Origin: Octopus vulgaris
Taxonomy: Eukaryota
Length of the DNA: 64,000 bases
Reading direction: 5' to 3'
NCBI GenBank assembly: GCA_951406725.2
Contig: OX597827.1
Coordinates: forward strand, 83,080,001 to 83,144,000
Part shown: positions 23,157 through 37,413 of the stretch, piece after piece
Layout: the number at the start of each line of letters is the position of its first letter
How positions within the stretch are numbered: the stretch's first letter is position 1
The notes under the pieces: generated by a model
The model's database searches: none
Seen by the model: only the letters and a program-made list of their open reading frames with translations
Told to the model about the DNA's origin: nothing
Made by a program: the position numbers and the translations under genes

Positions 23157-23829
23157 GGAGCAAGAAGGTCAGAAGCATCATTATCAATTTCAGAGGATTA
23201 TTGCAACATGTGTCTGTGTCCATGTACACACACACGTATGTGTGTGTGTATATATACCATCATCATCATTTAACGTCTGCTGGCATGGATTGGGCATGCA
23301 TGTGTGCATTATAAATATGCACACACGTATATATACACATACAAATATATAGATTCATCATCATCATCATACGTCCATTCTCCATGCAAGCATGGGTTGG
23401 ACTGTTTGACCAGGGCTGGTAGCTGGAAGGCTGCACCAGGCTCCGGTCTCATTTGGAATGGTTTCTATGGCTGGATGTCCTTCCTAACACCAATTATGCA
23501 AATAAGCACCTAAAACTCCTTGGTTTTGATATACAGAATACATATACATGTATCAAACCCAGGGAGTTTGATCTATTTATTTGCATCATTGTCTCCCTAT
23601 CTGCTCATTTGGATTCCCCTTGGAGCAAATCTATACCCAATTGACTTGGTCCTCAGTAAAGATTTCAGAGTGCAAGCTCAAATCTTTTGATCACTACTGT
23701 CTTCTATATATAGAGAGATAGATACTCTCAAATTTATCTGTTAACCTTACAAATATATATCTCTTTATATATATACATATATACACACATACATACACAC
23801 ACATATATACACACACAGCATGGCCGCAT

Positions 23830-23995
23830 GGAGGTGCAGTATGACTGTGTGGTAAGATGCTTGGTTCTCAACCACATGGTTCTGGGTTCAGTCCCACTGT
23901 GTGGCACCTTGGGCAAGTGTTTTCTATTATAACCTTAGGCCGACCAAAGACTTGTGAGTGGGTTTGGTAGAGAGAAACTGAAAGAAGCCCATTGT
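23830..23995 (+). mobile_element. tRNA-derived SINE
   Basis: TGTGTGGTAAG...GGGTTCAGTCCC head with GGCACCTTGGGCAAGTG core, ending in a microsatellite. Confidence 0.8.
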
Positions 23996-24004
23996 GTATG
24001 TATA

Positions 24005-24076
<72 letters not shown>

Positions 24077-25319
24077 CAGGGGGTGGACAAAATAATGGAA
24101 ACAATTTTGAAATATCTATAAAACTGACAAAAGCTTGTTTATTTTTGTTTTATTAATAGTGTTGTTTAATATGTTTTGCTAAAATTGTGGTTTCTTTTGA
24201 GATATCATCAGAAAAAGGTAATTAAAATTCATTAAAATCACAGATCTATCAGACTTTCAAAGAGGTGAAATTGTTGGGCTTGCATGGCAGGTGCTAGTGT
24301 AATGAAAACAACTGAAATGTTTGGTGCATCCAGAAGTACTGTCTCGAAAGTAATGAGTCTTTGAGAAAGAGGAAAAAACTTCCTCGTCGAAACAAAGCTC
24401 CGGAAGAAAACCAAACCTTTCAGATTTCAGATAGGGACCATCGGACTCTTACACAAATTGTTAAAGAGAATCACAAAAGAACAGCTCCCAAAATTACTGC
24501 AGAGCTTAATGACCACCCCGAGAACCTAGTTTCCACAAAACCTGTTCACTGCGAGCTGCACAAAGCCGGATTTCATGGGAGGGCTGCAATCAGAAAACCA
24601 CTACTTTAAAAAACAAACGTTGCAAAGCGTTTAGAGTGGAGTAAAAAAAAAACCTACAGAATTGCAGTGGAAGAATGTTATTTTTTCGGACGAGTCATCC
24701 CTTACCTTATTTCCAACCACTGACCGAGTATACATGTGGAGACAGCCAAAAGAGGTATTTGACCCAGAATGCTTTCTTCCAACTGTTAAACATGGAGGAG
24801 GATCTGTGATGATTTGGAAGGCTATATCTTGGAAATCCACCAGCCCAATGGTTTCCCTTCATGGCAGAATTAATAGTCAAGACTATTTAAGCATTTCATC
24901 TGATCCAATTCATCCTATGGTAGCGGAACTGTTTCCAGGGGGAAACGCAATCTTTCAGGATGATAATGCACCAATTCACACAGCTAAAGTTGTTACTGAA
25001 TGGCATGAAGAACATTCTAGTGAAGTTGAACATCTTATCTGGCCCCCACAGTCCCCAGATCTCAACATTATTGAACATTTATGGTGCATTTTAAAAAAAC
25101 AAGTAAGGAGTCGATATCCTCCATCATCCTCACTACAAGAACTGGAGACTGTTTTAGCTGAAGAATGGACAAGAATTCCTTTGGAAACAATTCAAACTTT
25201 GTATGAGTCCATACCTCGTAGGATTCAAGCTGTAATTACTGCCAAAGGTGTTCCGATCCCATATCAAAATAAATTTGTTCAAAATGTTAAGGTGTTTGCA
25301 TTATTTTGTCCAACCCCTG
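24077..25319 (+). mobile_element. Full-length Tc1-like transposon (DD36E), frameshifted transposase
   Basis: TIRs CAGGGGGTGGACAAAATAATG / CATTATTTTGTCCAACCCCTG; FSDES, QDDNAPIHT, WPPQSPDLNIIE; split over ORFs 24361-24609 and 24662-25441. Confidence 0.95.
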
Positions 25320-25364
25320 AACGGATGTTAAACGATGATGATGATGATGATGATGATATATATA

Positions 25365-25585
25365 TATGTTTTTGTGTGTGTCTATGTTTGTCCTCCTGCC
25401 ATCGCTTGACAACCAATGCTGTTGGGTTTATGTCTCCGTAACTTAGCAGTTCAACAAAAGACACTGATAGAATAAGTACCAGGCTTACAAAGAATAAGTC
25501 CTGGAGTCGAATTCTTCAACTAACACCCTTTAAAGTGGTGCTCCAGCATGGCTGCAGTTAAATGACTGAAATGAATAAAAGTAGA
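25365..25585 (+). mobile_element. SINE 3' part with CR1/L2-like tail
   Basis: GATAGAATAAGTACCAGGC...GTGGTGCTCCAGCATGGCTGCAG...GACTGAAA; a reverse copy lies at 27610-27815. Confidence 0.7.
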
Positions 25586-25734
25586 AGAATATATACACAC
25601 ACATATACATAAAAGGAAAGAGATTTCTCAGGGAAAGACTGTGCAGGGGGGCATGGACATAAATGATATGCTTTCATGGTCTCAATTTTACTTAGCTGGG
25701 TGGACCTTCAGAAGTATTAAGTATAGTAAATCGT

Positions 25735-26145
25735 TAATCATCTTGGTCCTTTACATCTCTGGGAGGCTCAACATCTGAAGATCATTTTTCACCACTTCAT
25801 TCTACATCTCCCTGGGTCTCCTTCCAAACTTAGCGACTGCCACTTCTTTATGCTGCTATCCTCGTCCTTACCCATCACATCACCATACCATCACAGTCTT
25901 CTCTCTGGCACACTACATTTAATACATCTTACCCCCAAATTTTCTCTCAATAGATTTACATTTTGCTCTACATGCATACTGACATTGCACATGTAGCAGA
26001 GCATGCCAGCCTAATTTCTTTCAAGAATTTGCATGTCCTCAGCATCCACAGCCCACATTTCACTACCATGTACACAACACATGCCTCTCACTCTGAGGAA
26101 GAGACCCTTTTTTACCAACAAAAGTTAATAGCTCTCTGAACTTTG
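25735..26145 (-). mobile_element. RTE LINE C-terminal fragment
   Basis: Minus translation HGSEMWAV...LERN...RRL*WYGDVMG...VVKNDL. Confidence 0.8.
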
Positions 26146-27825
26146 ATAGAGAAGAAAGAAAATAAAGACATAATATGGAGGACTATTGCTCTATGAGACA
26201 ATGGAGATATATATTAGTGCCAACACTGCAAATATTACTAAGATTATCTATATACACTAACAGTTCTAACACAACACAGACATCTTTAGCAATAAGAATC
26301 TTTCAATTCAGTCTCCCATAGAAACAATCTAACTATTTAATCCTGTTTCCATAACAATAACATCTGTTTTATCTCACTAAAAAGTGAATTGCTTATTGCC
26401 AAATTTTGGACAGCACGGACATCAGTTACACAGCCTCACTAATTAGTGTACTCTCTCTCTCTCTCTTTGAGAGAACACATGGAAAGCCTGTTTGTGACAT
26501 CATTTCATTTCACATTTAAAATCTGAACCCTTTTACTATAACAGAAACTGATGTGGCTTTTTGGCAAATAAAGTGAATAGAAGAGGATGCCAGGACTTGA
26601 ACCCCTACAGAGGTTTGTACTCTACCCAGCTGCTCTAACAAAGTAGACATCTCTAATGTTTACAAACAAATATGATTCATGCTATTGACACACTTAGTAT
26701 TGAGGTGTGTTTGAAGGTGATATAGGCACAGTACATATGTAGGACTAAATTTACAAACTTGGTTAAATATTGAAGGGACGTGGCAAAGAAGTCCAGTAGA
26801 AATCAGTAAGACAATTATGATAATTAATAATGGTGTTTAAGCAATGTTGGTATGAGGGACATTATACAGAGAGTGTGCATATAGCAGGATAGATGTACTG
26901 GAGTACATGAGATAAGAATGGAAGTCTAAGAAAGCTTCTTGGTTTTGGTAATACTAGACTGTGCAACACAAAGACAAGAAAACCAAGCAAATGGTGCTCA
27001 GTGATTCAGGTGATTGCAGCATCAGAAGAGATGCAAAAGTGGCATGAACAAAAAATTCATCCCTTACAACATATATGTCAACAAAGATGGTGGAGACCAA
27101 TTACCTCTCTCCACCTTCCCCTTGACCATGCTTCTATCTATCTGATACTCTCCTTCACACACCAACAAACCCAACCACACCACTTGTCTTCATTTTCCTC
27201 TTCAACACCATCTTCTCTCCTGCTCTCCTTTCCCAAACCGGGTGACCCATGTCTCTGCTCTACAGCAAGGCACCTGTTCCTGTCCCTCTATCACCTCTCA
27301 TCACTTCGTTGAAAGCCACCTCCCTCAATACCACTCCACCCACTCCAGTTGAGGGATTCTTGTTACCTGCTCACAGCACCAAGGCACAGAGTATACTGGG
27401 TACTGCATGAAAAGCATCCAGCAAACACTGTAAAGTGGTTGATATTAAGAAGGGCATCCAGCTGTAGAGAGCATGCTGGACCCCAACCTAATGTAGGTTG
27501 GGGCAGTTTTCTGCATTGCCAGTTCTTCTCAAACCATCAAAACGCGACAGCATGGAAAACAGATATTAAATGAGGAGGAGGAGGATAAATACACACACAC
27601 ATGTAAACCATTTATTTCCTATTTGTTTCAGTCATTGGACAGCAGCCATGCTGGGGCAGTGCCTTAGTCAAGCAAATTGACCCCAGGACTTCATTTTAAG
27701 CTTGGTACTTATTCTATAGATCTCTTTTGCCCAGCCGCAAAGGTACAGAGACATAAACAAAGCAGTACTCACTGTCAAGGTGGTGGTGGTGGGGGAACAA
27801 ACACAAACAGAAAGGCAGGCACACG

Positions 27826-27871
<46 letters not shown>

Positions 27872-27877
27872 TACATA

Positions 27878-28001
27878 CAGTAGTACCTCGGTTTACGAAT
27901 GCCTCTGATCACACGAATAAGTCAGGCTTTATATATATATATATAAAAATAAAGCATGATTTATTCGTGATCAGAGGCATTCGTAAACCGAGGTACTACT
28001 G
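27878..28001. mobile_element. 124-bp MITE (pogo/Tigger-like) with perfect 35-bp TIRs and TA TSD
   Basis: TA-CAGTAGTACCTCGGTTTACGAATGCCTCTGATCAC ... exact reverse complement-TA, with a (TA)n centre. Confidence 0.92.
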
Positions 28002-31000
28002 TACACACACACAATACAAATACATTTTCATTAAAACTAAAGCAGAATTTAAGTGAATTGCTTGAAAACACAACACCAGTGTAGTGAATGGCAAGGTTGG
28101 TCTGTAATATCTGTGGCTATGTAAGTTGATCAAGAGTTGGGCTCATTAGTTATGAGCAAAACTACAAGTGTCAAGTGTCATTTTGTCTGAGTGCCCAATG
28201 GTCTTAATGGTCAGTGATGGTCTTCTTCAATCACAAGTGGACAGCCATCATATATATCTAAATATGCATATATCTATATATTTGTGTATTTGCATGCATA
28301 TGTGTGCAGGAAAGATGCATGCTGTGTTCCACATAGATTTTCATAATCCAGTTTGCATTCTGTAGTGTTGTTAAGTAATTACTATACTGAGTGGTGTTAC
28401 TAGTCATGAAATACAGAGGAAATGTAGGAGAAATTAACTCTTTTTTGCATTATGTTACAAAGAACTAATGACATTGGTTCCCTGTAACTTAAGGCAAGAA
28501 AGTGTTCCCTGATAATCTGCTCTATTTAAGAAGCCAAATGCACTTCAAACAGATGATGCAAGGTTCCAAGCAACTCAGAATGGTGAAACATACATAGGAA
28601 CTAATAAAATAAACTTGTGCTTACCTTCATTTCTCATCCACACACACACGTATATGTATTTCTATCTCATCTTCCTAACCCCTGTCCCTTCATTACTCTT
28701 CTAACTACAGCACTTCTGCAGCTGCTTTAATTACAATAATTATATGAGAGCAAGGATGCACACATTTCATCTTCAACAGTTTTGTGCCATCAGTTTCCCC
28801 CCTCCTTCGATCCACCTCCTCATGTCATCCCATGCCACTACTGAACTCCATCTCATATCAGCATTAACAATCCTCTCTCTCTCTCTCTCTCTCTCTCAGT
28901 ATTCACTCCTACATACCTCTGATCTATACCCTTGTCATTGAGCACCCCTCCCTCTCCCCCTAAACTGATATTCACCACTGACCACCATGCTCCCTCTCCC
29001 ATTCACTGCATCACATATATTCCTTTATTCCCTACAGCTAACAATCTCATGCAAATTTACTCAACCCTCTATATTTGTAACCCTCACATCCTCTCCTTTT
29101 CCAGCTGGCATAGCCATGTAACTCCTCCACAGTAAGACATCTGTTCCTATTCCTGTAGCAGACTCTTGCCTCCCAACACCTGGGGTCTTGTGAGTTACTT
29201 GGCAACCTCACTGGTGTTGGTGATACAAAAAAGCACTAAGTACACACTGCGGGTATCCAGCCTTAGAAACCACAGCAAAATAAACACTGGAATCTGACAC
29301 AACTCTCTCTCTCTCTCTCTATCTACACTGACCACACCTCTACCCTTGTCCATCACTCACTGCAATCACCTCTATCCCTATCATTAACCATTTGTCTTTC
29401 TCTTTTCATTCTTGCAAACATATTCAGCCACCTGTCCTCAATCCCCTCTCCCTGTTCTCCCATTTATCTGCCCTCTTGGAACTTGAGAGTACACTTTGTC
29501 CTGCTGGGATAGGTATGTCTCTCTTTTACAGCAACACTCCTCTCTCTGCCCAACTACCATCACCTGGCTCAAAGCCCCTCCCTCAATACTGCAGCACCCA
29601 TCCAGGCTTTGGCACGTCACTAGTGCTGGTGCTGTGAAAAATAAACACCTGGAACACTTTGCAAAGTGGTTGACATTAGAAATGGTATCAGGCCAAAAAC
29701 AGGCGTTGCAGCTCAACACAGCCGTTTGACTCTTATGATCCTGTCTCACCATCTGACTCATGGCAGCATGTAAGTCACACATTAAACGATCTTGATGACA
29801 GTTATGACGATGATGTCAATAAAGTTTGGTAGTTTGTGAGCTGATTCCTAGTAAGATGCATGTTTTAACAAAGGCTGGTGGTTAGCAAGTTCAGTTTATG
29901 GAAAGGAAGTAGGAGAGAACCAAGATTGTGTCAAGGTTATTAAGGATTTCTGTAAGCGACAGCTTCCAAAGCACAAAGGTACAATTATGTAGAATAGAGC
30001 TGGAAGTCAACAATAATAAAACAATGGCTTTTGGTGGAGGCATTCTAATGAGATGGGGGAAGAAAACAAAATAGAAAATGGTATCAAAAACATTACTTGA
30101 TATATACAATGCAGTAGACCAAGGAAGGCTTCAGAAGAGCTCAGATCACATCTTAAAGGTAATAGACAATCAAGATACACAAACAGACAGTGTGTGCGAG
30201 ACAAGTTCAACCAATGTCAAAATGATGATAACAATAACAATTATAAAGGTGATGGTATTGGTGGTGATGATGATGACCGTTTTCTATGAGAAATTCAATG
30301 ACCATTTGAGAGTGATGATTCAGTCATCTAACCAATATCTAACACCTAAGTAAAGAAAAAGCATTTAAAAGCTGTAAATGATGGCTATAGTATTGATTAG
30401 TAGGTGTGATTTCCCAAGAACAATGTTGATTTAGTACCACAGATTAATACTGTGTGGTAGATGTTAGTTTTGAAAAGGTGTTTGAAGATACTAGTAAACT
30501 CAGTGAAAAGTCTATTTTAATTTCAATTGGATCCAACAGTAAGGTGAAGAGGGAAAGAGAAAGACAATAAAATCAAAGGGCGATCCTCCAGTAATGACAC
30601 TGACACAAGGTTGTTAACATACTATATGGAAAGACATATTGGGCAAATAATGTTGTAAGTACAATTAAATGTGAAGGTTTTGTGAAGGATTATTTAGAGA
30701 TCAAAATGGCCCAAACAATTAGAAAACCTTTATAACTTTGCAAATAATTTAAATAATTCAATCCAAATAAATTTGATAAAATAAAAGTTTAAACAACATG
30801 AAATGTAAAACATTAATAAAATGACAATAACCCAGTGCTGTGTGTGTGTGAGTGCGCGCGCATGCATGAAAGAGAAAGCGCTAAGAAGGTATTCCAGATT
30901 TAGTAGTGCCTAGAAATATGGTTGCTGTTTGTGGTGTCGGTAATGGTGATATGGAATGAAGTTGATACAGCGGATTTTGATAAACTGAAATGCCAGAATC

Positions 31001-31576
31001 ACTGAACAAACAACTGAGATGGAAAGATTTTCTTTAGCCTCAAAATATTTGAAGAAAATAGTTTTGCAGAGAGATTTTTCTGTAGAAGAAGTAGAACTGT
31101 TCACATTTGGTCGGGAACTGAGATGGTTTGGAGATTGAGGTTTTCATATTTTACGACAGTGTAGACACAAAATCTGATTACAATGAAAGCTAGCAACAGC
31201 TCAATGGGTTTACATGTGTAGCATAATTTTCTAAGTGTATTAAGTGATTAAATTAGTGTTTATATGTGTCGTAATCCTCAAAACTGACTATATAGTTTGT
31301 AATACTGAGATTTACGAAGGAGCTGCAGCCAAGGTAGGTAATCCATCTAGAAAAATAATAACTGATAGGAGGCGCTGAGTGAAGTCTTTACTCTACTACA
31401 GACAGCCTGTCTCTTGCTGTATCCAGTCTTACTGTAAAATACTTGGTAAAAGTAAGGATAACCAATTAACAATGAGGGAGAGGAGGAGGATGTACCCTGC
31501 AGAACAAACCTCATTAGCATATTACAAACTTTACGTATAATAAACAACTAATAATGTCAAGCAAGTCAATAAAGAG

Positions 31577-31659
<83 letters not shown>

Positions 31660-34600
31660 TTCATACAAACTTTCTAAAGCTGTGATCTATGACAGTAAGC
31701 TTTCAAACCCTTCACTTTCGCCATCTACTGTACAAAGTGAGCCTTAACAACTTAGTGTTGAGTAAATATTGACCATTGCATTCTGAAAGTCACAAATGTG
31801 AAATTTAAGTAATAAGAGAAATGGTCAAGGCTCCTGTGATGGAATAAACACATACAACTGTAAAATATTCCTTAAATTGGCAATGGAGATAATAACTGGA
31901 ATATTTGTTAATACTAGTTTAAATATTGTTACGGTTTCATATTAGCAATAATTTATGCTAAAATAATCAAACGTTTAATCTCATTTCAAACCAGTTTAAA
32001 TGTTCCTCCTGTTAAATATCATCAAAGCTCATTGTTTACAAGAATATTCCTGTTACCATTTGTTAATGGAGACGCAAGACAGACAGAGACAGGAACATCA
32101 GACAAAATTACTCATAAACATTAGATGGATTGCTTTATATATATAAATATATTTCAAATATGGCACAAGGCAAGCAATTTTGGAGGAGGGGGTAAGTCGA
32201 TTAAATTCATCCCAATGCGCAGCTGGTACTTATTTTATCAACCCCAAAATGATGAAAGGCAAAGTCGACCTCAGCGGAATTTGAACTCAGAATGCAAAAT
32301 CACTAAGCATTTTGCCCACCATGCTAACAATTCCGCCAGCTTGCCGCCATATTGCTTCATATATATTAAAGAAGGGTTTTTTTTGTCTCAATTAGGATCA
32401 CCCGAATAGTCTTTTTTGTTTAGAAAAACAAAAATGTGAAAATACAATTTCTCAAGAGGATAAAAATCAAGAGGCCCTTCCTAGTTGGATGATTCAACAA
32501 GATTGTTAGAGATACAAGATTTGTTAACAAATAAACTTAGATTTTTGTTTGAAACTGATCAGAAGGTTGAGAAATCACTTTCAATAATGTGTTGCGATGT
32601 TTACCACATTGTATAAGAGTAATTGTTGCATATTTTAGTGTGACTTTGCTAACCGAGGCTAAGTTCACAACGTCATGTTAAACGAACAATGGACTAGGGT
32701 CCTTCACTAAAATTAAACAGAAGGTTTTAGCTTATAAAATAGCGAAGATTTTAAGCAGGGGATATTTCAACCTTTGAGAATGATGAAGATTATGTAAACC
32801 ACATGTTAAGCATAGATTTTAGAAGTTTACTAATTATTTTGATGATCAAAAACTGCTGAAGAAGAAAGGATATATTAAACAGGCAACAGACACTTGATAA
32901 AATGGCATCCTGGGTAGAAAAACTTTCATTGGTCCATCAAATAAAAACCGGCTTCAAAAACTGCGCAGTTCCAACAGAGACTAAAATCATACAAAAATGG
33001 AATATGTTTTTGATAAATCTACATAAAAAGCATGAAATTTGACTTATGATTTCTTCGAATGTGAAATGTTTCCAGAAACCCATCAAAGAAATAAGACAAC
33101 TATTGCAACAAATATTGTCATTATCACTGCATACAGAGGCTTCTAATAATTTGCTAAAGAAATAATCTACTGCGAAAGATAGCGGCGATGACTTAAAGTT
33201 GAAAGAGGTTAAAATATCATCGAAAGACTAAATATCAGACGACATTTTACATATATTGTAGTGATGCACCTTCATTAACAGATATATGAGCCACTTCTCG
33301 AACTCTCATACCATAGAACTCGTCCACATAAATTACCAACTTGTCGCTGCATTTTACAAGTGGATTCGAAGGAGATTTTTGAAGATTCAAATTTAAATGT
33401 ACACCTTTTCGTTTTTGAAAATATACTTCTTCTCCCAAGTAAATTAGTCGATAGAACCAGAAAGAGGACATATCATGAAATCACTTTAAAACAAAACACA
33501 ACTGCATTTTATTTCGGTTTCAGGCCACCAGGCTACAACTGCACATCTCGAGACTGTACTGTGTGCAAACCACAATAAAAACTGTTTCCAATTTTAAAAA
33601 AAAATTAGAGTAACAACTTGCTGTAACAAATAGCCTGGCTGTAAATAAGAAGACTGCAAAATATGGTGTTAGCTGTTGCCAAAATGTGGTGAGTGCAGTT
33701 GCAAATTCCCCCCACACTTTTACACATGCAGTAGATATCAATTGTCATGACCAAGCAGTCAGTTGCACATAGATTGCATAGTGTCTGCCAATGCACACAA
33801 CCTCATGCAGACCCAGAGAAAACAAAGAGAACAGGCTGAAAATATTAAAGTAAAAATAGTTTAACGAAAGAAAAACTATTGAAGATTGATATGAGGTGAG
33901 TAAAATCAAATGAGAATCTATTGATTGTATTGGTCGACTTAAACTATGTCGAGTTTTGTACTAAAATTTAAAAAAAATATAACTTACCTAAAGTGTTCGA
34001 CTTGATTATAAACGATATTATAATAATAGACTGATATAAAACTAATATCTACAATAAATTTACCAATCTTTAAGTTTCACATGAAATTTTTTCGCGAATT
34101 TCTGACAAAGCTTACAAGACTGAGAAGGGACATGCGCACACTGCACACACTGCACCCTGGATGTTTCAGAAAAATATAGCAGTAGGCTTAATAAATTGTG
34201 TCTACCACTGAACCTTCATTAGAAACAGTTTTCACTGAATTAGTGGGGTTTTTTTTAATCATTAAAAATACATAATTGTAAAACTTTTAAGAAAACGCAA
34301 ATTATTATAAGAAACTTTGGCTTCTATATTTCACATTATTGTCATTAAATATTGGTTATCTTAAGTTAAATTTTACATGGAAGATGTCTTCATAAAAGTT
34401 GAGTTCTTACCATTTTGAGTGAACATTTGAGAGTCAATCAAGTTTACTGATGAATTATTGTAAAGAAAACACTTACTTGTGCATTGATACAACGTCTAAA
34501 GGAAACCCCCGACAATAATATCAGATGTTTAGAACCAGTAATTGCTAATAGCACAAGAAAAACTGAAGCAAGGGAAAACTTTCTTGGACAGTTAATTCAT

Positions 34601-35765
34601 ATAATGTTATTGAAAAAGAAGTTATTGGTTAAGATCCGCAAAAAGAAGTATAGGTGCAATATGGATCATATCAAAGTGTTTATCAAATGACGAATACATT
34701 TCACCTGTGTTAATGCATTTTCACAAAATGTAAAACAATGTTGGTTTGGTTGAGTTTCTGAAAATTGAGCTCTTTGGGGTTTTTTAAATCATAATGATCA
34801 GGAAGAGGGAAAGGAGGAGGAAAAAGACAGCTGTGTTCGATTAAACAAGAATAAGTTTGTATTTAGAGGATAAAGTCAGTTTGAAAAATAAATGAACTTG
34901 AATTTCAAGGAAAACTATAAAAAGTTTGATGAATGTGACTTAACAGAAACAAAAGCTTCATTGAGAACTTCTGTTACAACCAAAATTCTCTGACCGAACC
35001 AACTAAATAAAATCGAGAAATAACAACACGAATTCTCTAAGCTTTTGTCTAGAAAAAGTACAGACTATAAATAGAAGGTACGACAGAGTTGAGAATGGAA
35101 TAATAATAATAGTAATAATAATTTGGAGCAGTTAAGATTGGCAATCAAAAAGAAATATTGAGGAGAAAACAAAACTAAATGTTAAAAGATGAAAGAAATA
35201 TTGAGTTTGTTATGAAATAAAACAATGTTTACTGCGACTAGAAAAAACAGTAAAGAGAGTGGAAACAAGTCGTGAGTAGAAGGAAGTAAGGTAAGTTTTC
35301 AATGAAAAGTTGAGAAAGCTTCCAACCAAATTGAAGAAACTAACGAGACAAACCGAAAATATTGTGGGAACCGACACTGGAGACATGGAGACATGGAGCT
35401 GTTCCACAGACATAAATAAACATGTTCCTATGTACACATAGGTGGTGCATGTCTAGCAGACATGCACCTATACAAAGACACAGATGCATACAGACACTCA
35501 CACACTCATATATATATATCTATATATACACATACACACACATTCTGTATGTGTATGTATATATACATTCACACACATATGCATAAATAGTTGTCTATAC
35601 ACACACACACACACACACACATTAATATATGTATGTTTACATGCATATGATGTGTGTGTCCACACACACATGAGTAGAAAGCATATAAACCAATGCAAAC
35701 ATGTAGTGAGAGTGACTAAACAAAAACAGAAGAAACCTAAAAAGTATTATCTACTACCAACTCAC

Positions 35766-36125
35766 CCTTACATACATTATATAATGTTGGTGGTTTAGTT
35801 TGTTAGATGCATATAGCTTTGGTAGACGTAGTCTCAGTGAGGAATGGGAAAAGTTGGACAGCCAGCACACAAGTTTGAGGGGAAAGGAGTAAAGAGAGAG
35901 AAGTGGACTTCAACCGGTCGAGTTTGCCAAAGTAAACTGTTCAAGCAAGAAGCAGATATATGTAAGATGGCGTCGTAGCTGCAGCTGAGGTATCGGTTAC
36001 AAACTGCACAGACACAGACAGACGGCTGCACAACAATGCAGCAGCAGCTACAGCAATGACAGAATTAGTAAGAGTTGCAACAGCAGCAGCAGCAGCAACA
36101 ACAACAAGAGCGGTCAGAGGAAAGA
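35766..36125 (-). other. Candidate non-coding first (5'UTR) exon of ER
   Basis: TE-free, relatively CpG-rich stretch ending in strong donor AAGG|GTGAGT (35766/35765), with TATA-like TTTAAATAG about 25-30 nt upstream of its start. The 5' end is a guess. Confidence 0.45.
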
Positions 36126-36149
36126 GAAAGATAGCAGCAGACAGAGAGC

Positions 36150-36160
36150 TCTATTTAAAA
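36150..36160 (-). promoter_or_regulatory. TATA-like box of putative ER promoter
   Basis: Minus-strand TTTTAAATAGA directly upstream of the candidate exon, inside a TE-depleted region. Confidence 0.3.
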
Positions 36161-37371
36161 TCAAGACTGCATGCACACCTGACAAACTAACACAACAAGC
36201 GAGTTAATATTATTTGAAACTGCTACAAAACAATTCAAAGGTTCCACTAGAAATTTAACTATACAATATGTTGCAAGGAAAACAACTTTATTTGTTTCTC
36301 GAAAGCCTAAAGAAAGTTGAAGCAACTACTTTAAATGTGTAACAGGGAAAGAAAGAAAGTCGAGCCATTTCAATAAACAGTTTAAAATGCACATCTAAAT
36401 ATAGCCACCATTATACTTGTGATAGTTGAAGAGCCTACCTGCAGTTAGATACCCAACCCAGTCCAAGAGGATTTTATTGTCAGCAGGCTTTCTACTCATC
36501 ACAGGACCGATGACCTCTAAATTCTAGAACCTTATTATTCCTTTTTGCATTCTCATACTGCACCATAGTCCTCACTATCAATAGACATGCGCAGAACATT
36601 TACATTTATTAAATGCACAGGACAGCATTCTAGCTGGAAAAACCTCTGTGCTGTGACTGCATAGTTGCACATGTTAGATACCAAGCAAGTCTCTTCACAT
36701 GCTCAAGTTACTACTACTTACACTCATGCGCATGAACAGAAAACGCCATCTTCCTGATTATTTACTTGCACATCTAGAATCCCATTAATATCTAAAACTT
36801 TGCAGCTGCAGTTTCAAATTTAAAAGATGGGAAGGTAACCCGAATTAAACCACTTTTGATCCAGAAAAGCCCTTTTGAAAGACTCTCGTAACTACTATAA
36901 GAAACAATATAGGAAATGTTTGGCGACACCATGTTCAAAACTGTTGTCTTCCATAGATACACAGATGGGTTTCCTCAAAGTAATTCCAACCAGGAAGCCA
37001 GAAAAAACTTCAGAAATATTTTTCAAACACCAAAGTAAAATAGGAACTAAAATTTACACCTAAAGATGACTTTTGCTAATGTTTTCTTGTGGCTGGGGAT
37101 ATATAAAGTCATACTTCCTGAGAGTTGCAGTGTGTTTCGGGTTCATAATTATGATTGAATTCTATAAAGTTGATATATTTTACTAATAGCTGTGACTAGG
37201 AAAACTTGTAAAATAATTATATTACTAGAAATATTTTACCAAGAGACAATATGACAAAATTTCAGACAGAATTTTAACATAACTGCATTCATTCTGTTTT
37301 TTCTCGCCTTATGATACAAATACCTAAAGTGTCCAGGAGGTAAACTATAGAATGACTCACAAGATATATAT

Positions 37372-37413
<42 letters not shown>

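Noticed and set aside
22780-23352. 190-aa ORF with poly-ER dipeptide
   Set aside because: Held open by (GA)n and (GT)n microsatellites; no domain or splice support.
28615-28645. Upstream coding exon ending GAAG|GTAAGC
   Set aside because: Nearby ATGs are out of phase with the 19906 acceptor and no acceptor is evident; a UTR exon cannot be excluded.
36503-36517. ERE-like AGGACC-GA-TGACCT near the putative promoter
   Set aside because: Spacer is 2 nt rather than 3 and one half-site is poor.
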